From contig MU006091.1 in NCBI GenBank assembly GCA_010093705.1, positions 310,001-374,000 of the forward strand: 64,000 nucleotides of DNA, written 5' to 3'. A model generated the notes under the pieces. It saw only the letters and a list, made by a program, of their open reading frames with translations. It was not told the origin of the DNA and made no database searches. This document shows positions 59,651 through 64,000 of the stretch, piece by piece. Every line of letters begins with the position of its first letter. Position 1 is the stretch's first letter. Both the position numbers and the translations under genes were made by a program. The DNA comes from Patellaria atrata CBS 101060 (lineage: Eukaryota).

Positions 59651-61250
59651 ATGTCGCAGAAACCCCTTAACATTGTGATTCTAGGAGCGTCGTTTTCTGG
59701 CGTCACTGTCGCCAATAATATTCTAAACAGAGTCATTGAAAAGCTAAAGTCTTTTGAGGATGCTCCAACATATCAAGTAATTCTTATATCCCCGTCAACA
59801 CATGTCTACTGGAACATATGCGCTCCCAGGGCTCTTGTTTCGTCGAATCTTATCACTCGTGACACGTCATTCATTCCAATCATGCCAACCTTCGAGGAAT
59901 ACCCCTCTGAACAGTTCCAATTCATTCAGGGTACGGCAACATCAGTGGATACGAGTGCAAAAGAAGTACACATCTCACTTATCACACCGGTAACAACTAT
60001 ACACACATCTTCAGCAGCGAGATCCTCTCACAATGTCAATGCTTTGTCATCTTTTCCATCGCAACGTTTAAAAGGAGTCCGAAAATCAACAGGGTCAAAA
60101 GGGCGTAATATATGTAAAATCCCGTACAATGCTCTGGTTTACGCAACGGGCAGTTCCACCTCCTCCCCTCTACTGTCGCTCCATGGACCTCACGAAGAGA
60201 CCATAAGCGCATTGAATAGCTTTCAAGCGAAACTGAAGGATGCGGGAAGTATATTAATTGTCGGTGGCGGACCTTCTGGTGTGGAAACTGCTGGGCAATT
60301 AGCACAACTTTTTAACCCTTCGTTCTGGACAAGATGGCGAAAAGGGTGAACTCAGCGCTCAGATGCCACAACCACAAAGCGCCGATCTTTGATGAATATC
60401 CCTGGGCTAGTGCTCAACCGCACTTCGACCCTCATAGCAAATGGCATATTCCACGCCCCTGAAGACGACCCACCACCTCCAGCTCCAACCGCACCCACAG
60501 ACACCCCCCAAGTCCCACGCATCAACCCCTTCAGCCCGCTCCCCAATAACAATAACCCTCCTCTCCGGCCACGACCGCCTCCTTCCAAACCTTCCCGCCA
60601 AAATCAGCAAAAAAGCCGAGAAAAAACTCCGCGCCCTCGGCGTCAACGTCCTACACAACATCCGCCTCCTCGCCGCAAAAACCGCCCCCGACGGGCAGAA
60701 AACACACTGCCACCTCAACAACGCCGTCACCGTGACCAGCGACCTGCACATACTCGCCACCGGCGCCGTGCCTAACACAGGGTACTTCAGACCAGCGCCA
60801 CGCGGCCCTGTCCCCACTACAGGAGATAAAAACCCGGTACTAGATGAGAAGGGATATATCACCACCGACACCGATCTGCGTATCTGGGGCGCGGGCGATA
60901 GGATCTTCGCCACCGGTGACTGCGCGGCGTACAGTCGTGGCTGTCTGGGCGATGTCTATGATGCTGTTCCCGTGCTCGTTACGAACCTTACCAACGATCT
61001 CGTCGCGTATATCAATAGGTTGAGGTATCAGGAGTCCTCGCTTGCGCTGCAGAGGGAGTTGAATGCGTTGGTGGATGCGCGGTTTTCTCCGAATTTGAGG
61101 GGTAGTTGGCTCGTGCCGGTTACGAGGTTTGGGGGCGTGGGCATGGTTAGCGGGTGGAGGGTTCCCGGGTGGGTGGTGTATCTGGGTAAGGGGAGGGGGT
61201 GGAGGTTGGGTAGGGCGCGGGAGACGGTGGGGAGGGGGGTGCATCCTTAA
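59651..61250 (+). pseudogene. AIF/AMID-like FAD/NAD(P) oxidoreductase split by a stop and a frame change (pseudogene or unresolved intron)
   Basis: VILGASFSG, ILIVGGGPSGVETAG, TGA at 60347; the C-half (ITLLSGHDRLLP, IFATGD) is in a different frame. Confidence 0.6.
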
Positions 61251-61962
61251 GGGATGGAGTCGGGGGATGGGGGGTTGGATAGGGGGATTTAATGGGGTTG
61301 TCTTTGGTAAGGTATCTGGTTTGGTGATTAGGGATATAATTGAAATGGATTTGGGTCAGCTGCGTTATTCCTCCTCTTGCGATTGTTGTGGTCTGTGGTC
61401 TTTATGAAATGCAAATGATGGTGCAGATAGTATTCCTTACTTGGGAAGTTGTGGAGTAGATGTTGTCGTCCAGTAGAATTTAAATCTTCGATAGAATCTA
61501 GAGATCATTAGAATACCTACTACTCAGAAACCTACGGGAGACGTACAGTGCAGAATGTATCGGATCGGCCCGGCAAGCGTTCCGAGAAATACATAATGTG
61601 GGAAACCCTAGCGTCGATCTAAATTTAGCCCCTGAACGGCGACAAGCGAGCGTGCGGCTAACTTCCGAATTTTTTTTTTAGTGTGGTCCTGTAATTTTAG
61701 TTCTAGGGCGGACCGGTTTGCGCAAAGACGATGTATCGATGAGCATGATGAACACCTTGCAAAGGACGTAGATAATATTCATCTACAAAGCGGATTTCAA
61801 ATCCAAAAGCAAAATTGGGGTATCTATATACAAAAGAATCGAAATAATCGCTGTGCTCGAACCGAACCAAATATAATCGAATGTATCAATCAACGGGAGA
61901 TACTATCATCGAATAGTTCTCTTACCGAGGCGAGTTGCACAAAACATTTTTTCTCTTTCTCT

Positions 61963-63303
61963 TTACAACCCTAGAACTAACCCTATAACTCCCAGACTCA
62001 GGCCGAGACCCCAAGTCGCTATCTCGACTTTCCCGGCAGCACCGGTGAATTGAGGGGGCGGGCTTGAAGTCGTGGGATAGCTGCTCACTTTGACGGAGGT
62101 GAGGGTCTGGTTCCAGAACTGGCTGGCCGTGTGCGAAGCCGTGGATGGCTTGGGGCTTGTTGTCACCGGAGAGACGGGTGTGGTTGGTTCAGAGCTCATT
62201 GTACCGGGAGTGACGGGAGTGGTGGGGTAAGTGGAGGGGGTGTAGGATTTGATGACCGTGGTTGTGATTTTGGAGGTTACGGTGTGGGTGTTGCAGGAGG
62301 TTGAGGGGGTGGCTAGATGATGTTAAGTATCTGTTTGTTTATGGTGTTGAGGAAGAGACATACTTGATGCTGGTAGTGGCGGGGGAACCGTGCTCGTGAT
62401 CTCCAGTGTGATTGTCGATTTCGTGGTCGTGGTGCAATCGGACGAGGGATGTGCTTCGGATGGCGCTTCGGCGGGGTATTCAGCAACTGGCGTTGTTGTC
62501 TCGGGAGCTGAGGGTGGGGTCGATGTGCTGGGAGTTGTTGGCACAGGTGTGGGTTCCACGTATTCCTGTAGTAAATTAGTTTCCTGCGCGCTGATAACGT
62601 AGACACTAGGAAAACTGGTAGAAAAGGATGGTTAGGGAGTGTCATCTGCCCGACTTACCTCTGCAACCGTCTCTACAGGGGTCTCCGAAGAAGCTGGGAC
62701 AGTGTATGGCGCTGGCTCTGGAGTTGAAGAAGCAGACGAGGAAGAAGCGTGGTCGACGAGCTGAATGTACAGGGAGGCCTGGGAAGTGACTGCGGCGGAA
62801 GAAGTAGATGTGGTAGGTTGGACATGAACTGGGGTCACTGCGGGTTGGAAGTTGTTGAACTTGCCCGAGGGTGGTAGTTCAACGGTTCCGACCTTGCATT
62901 TTTCCCCGTTCCAGATACCGGAGCACATGCTTTGATCGACCTCGGTGACTTGAACAACCCAGTTCCCAGCATCAAGGCTACCCTCGATATTCCGAACGAC
63001 CGTGGGGCTCATGTCCAAGTGGCCAGCGGAATTGGTGCAAACGTCGACGACCAAGACATTCTCGCATCCTCGAGAGCCACAGACCTCCAAACAAGTTCCG
63101 CATTTTTCGACTCCAATGCCGCACCAAGCGGTAATCCTGTTCACATCTAGTGAGGTATACGGGATACCGCATGTCGGCGGGTTATTTACGTTATCAGCTA
63201 GTGAAAGATAGTCGTGATACGTCATGCTGTTGGCGGAAACCATCGAGGAAACCAGAGACACAACAGCGAGGAGAGAAGGGCTTTTCATGCTGATTGGTGC
63301 CAT
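61963..63303 (-). CDS. Secreted GPI-anchored protein with an N-terminal RlpA/expansin-like double-psi beta-barrel and a Ser/Thr stalk, 2 introns
   Basis: Signal peptide; TCG..ITA..CGTCLEV..VVDVC..HLDMSP; C-terminal FTGAAG plus hydrophobic tail. Confidence 0.75.
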
Positions 63304-64000
63304 TGTTATGTTTGCTTTTTGGAAATGATTGATTGACAATTGCGATTCTAGATTGATTGTATGGGTATACAAGGACGATTCAGCGCTGCTGAACCTGCTG
63401 CGACAGCGAAAAGATGGTCAAAGAGTGTGGTATATCCTTCCAGAAAAGAGCGACTGGGGCGGGATAAGATCCAAAAGAAAGTGATGTGGTTAGGTATGAG
63501 TGAGCGTTTAATTCATGAGTTTTTTTTGCCGGAAGATACCGCAAAGGGAGTGACAATTCTAAGTACACGTCAACACAAAGGAGTGAGTGGAGATGTGAAA
63601 ATAGAAAAGAGACAAAAGTGTGAGAGGTGAAGAAGAGGAAACAAAGAGAAGAAGAGGCTGTGGAGATTTGTTTGAAACGACGATAAGGCTTGGTCCTTGT
63701 TGGCACTCACTTCACCCCCTGGATTTTTGTTCCTGAAGATCAGGAGTTGGGGTAAAAATTGACGCGGGCTTTCGCGTGGTAGGCTGGTAGCTCTTGAGCT
63801 AATGTCAGGTACACGCCGTGCCCGCTTAGAGTCCCTATATTTGGCTTTGTGTCAAACGGAAACCACCAATAAAATCCTCAAAGTGTTGGTGTTTCATGCG
63901 CATTCGACACGTTGTGCTCTACATAAACTGGAAAAAGTCAACGAAGCCTTGAATAGATCCGACGATAAGATACCGACGGGGTACAAACTGTACAGAAATG

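Overview
Intron-containing genomic DNA from a filamentous ascomycete (Pezizomycotina, inferred from gene content and GT..AG introns with CTRAC-like branch points). Most of the window holds ordinary fungal genes: GCP5, CYK3, an Acm1-like gene, TLG1, a METTL25-like methyltransferase, aldehyde dehydrogenase, a CoA-transferase III, ceramidase, RRP15, ERG2, sulfite oxidase and glucosidase II alpha. The first ~19 kb is an accessory region. Its main feature is a divergent, intronless, bacterial-type gene pair: a fused Gfo/Idh/MocA dehydrogenase + DegT-family aminotransferase (GnnA/GnnB-like) facing an LpxA-like acyltransferase. These resemble the first three steps of 2,3-diaminoglucose-type lipid A synthesis, in a group not known to make lipid A, with an MFS transporter nearby. 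Other points: a ~160-nt structured Pol III-type (A-box/B-box) RNA-like element in two copies 45 kb apart; three paralogous small secreted-peptide genes, each broken just before a 2-Cys tail; arrays of ~250-330 bp repeats carrying RFX X-box palindromes; a MITE; and an orphan MAT1-1-1 alpha-box relic next to TLG1. All calls were made by eye from motifs. No database searches were run and intron coordinates are approximate.
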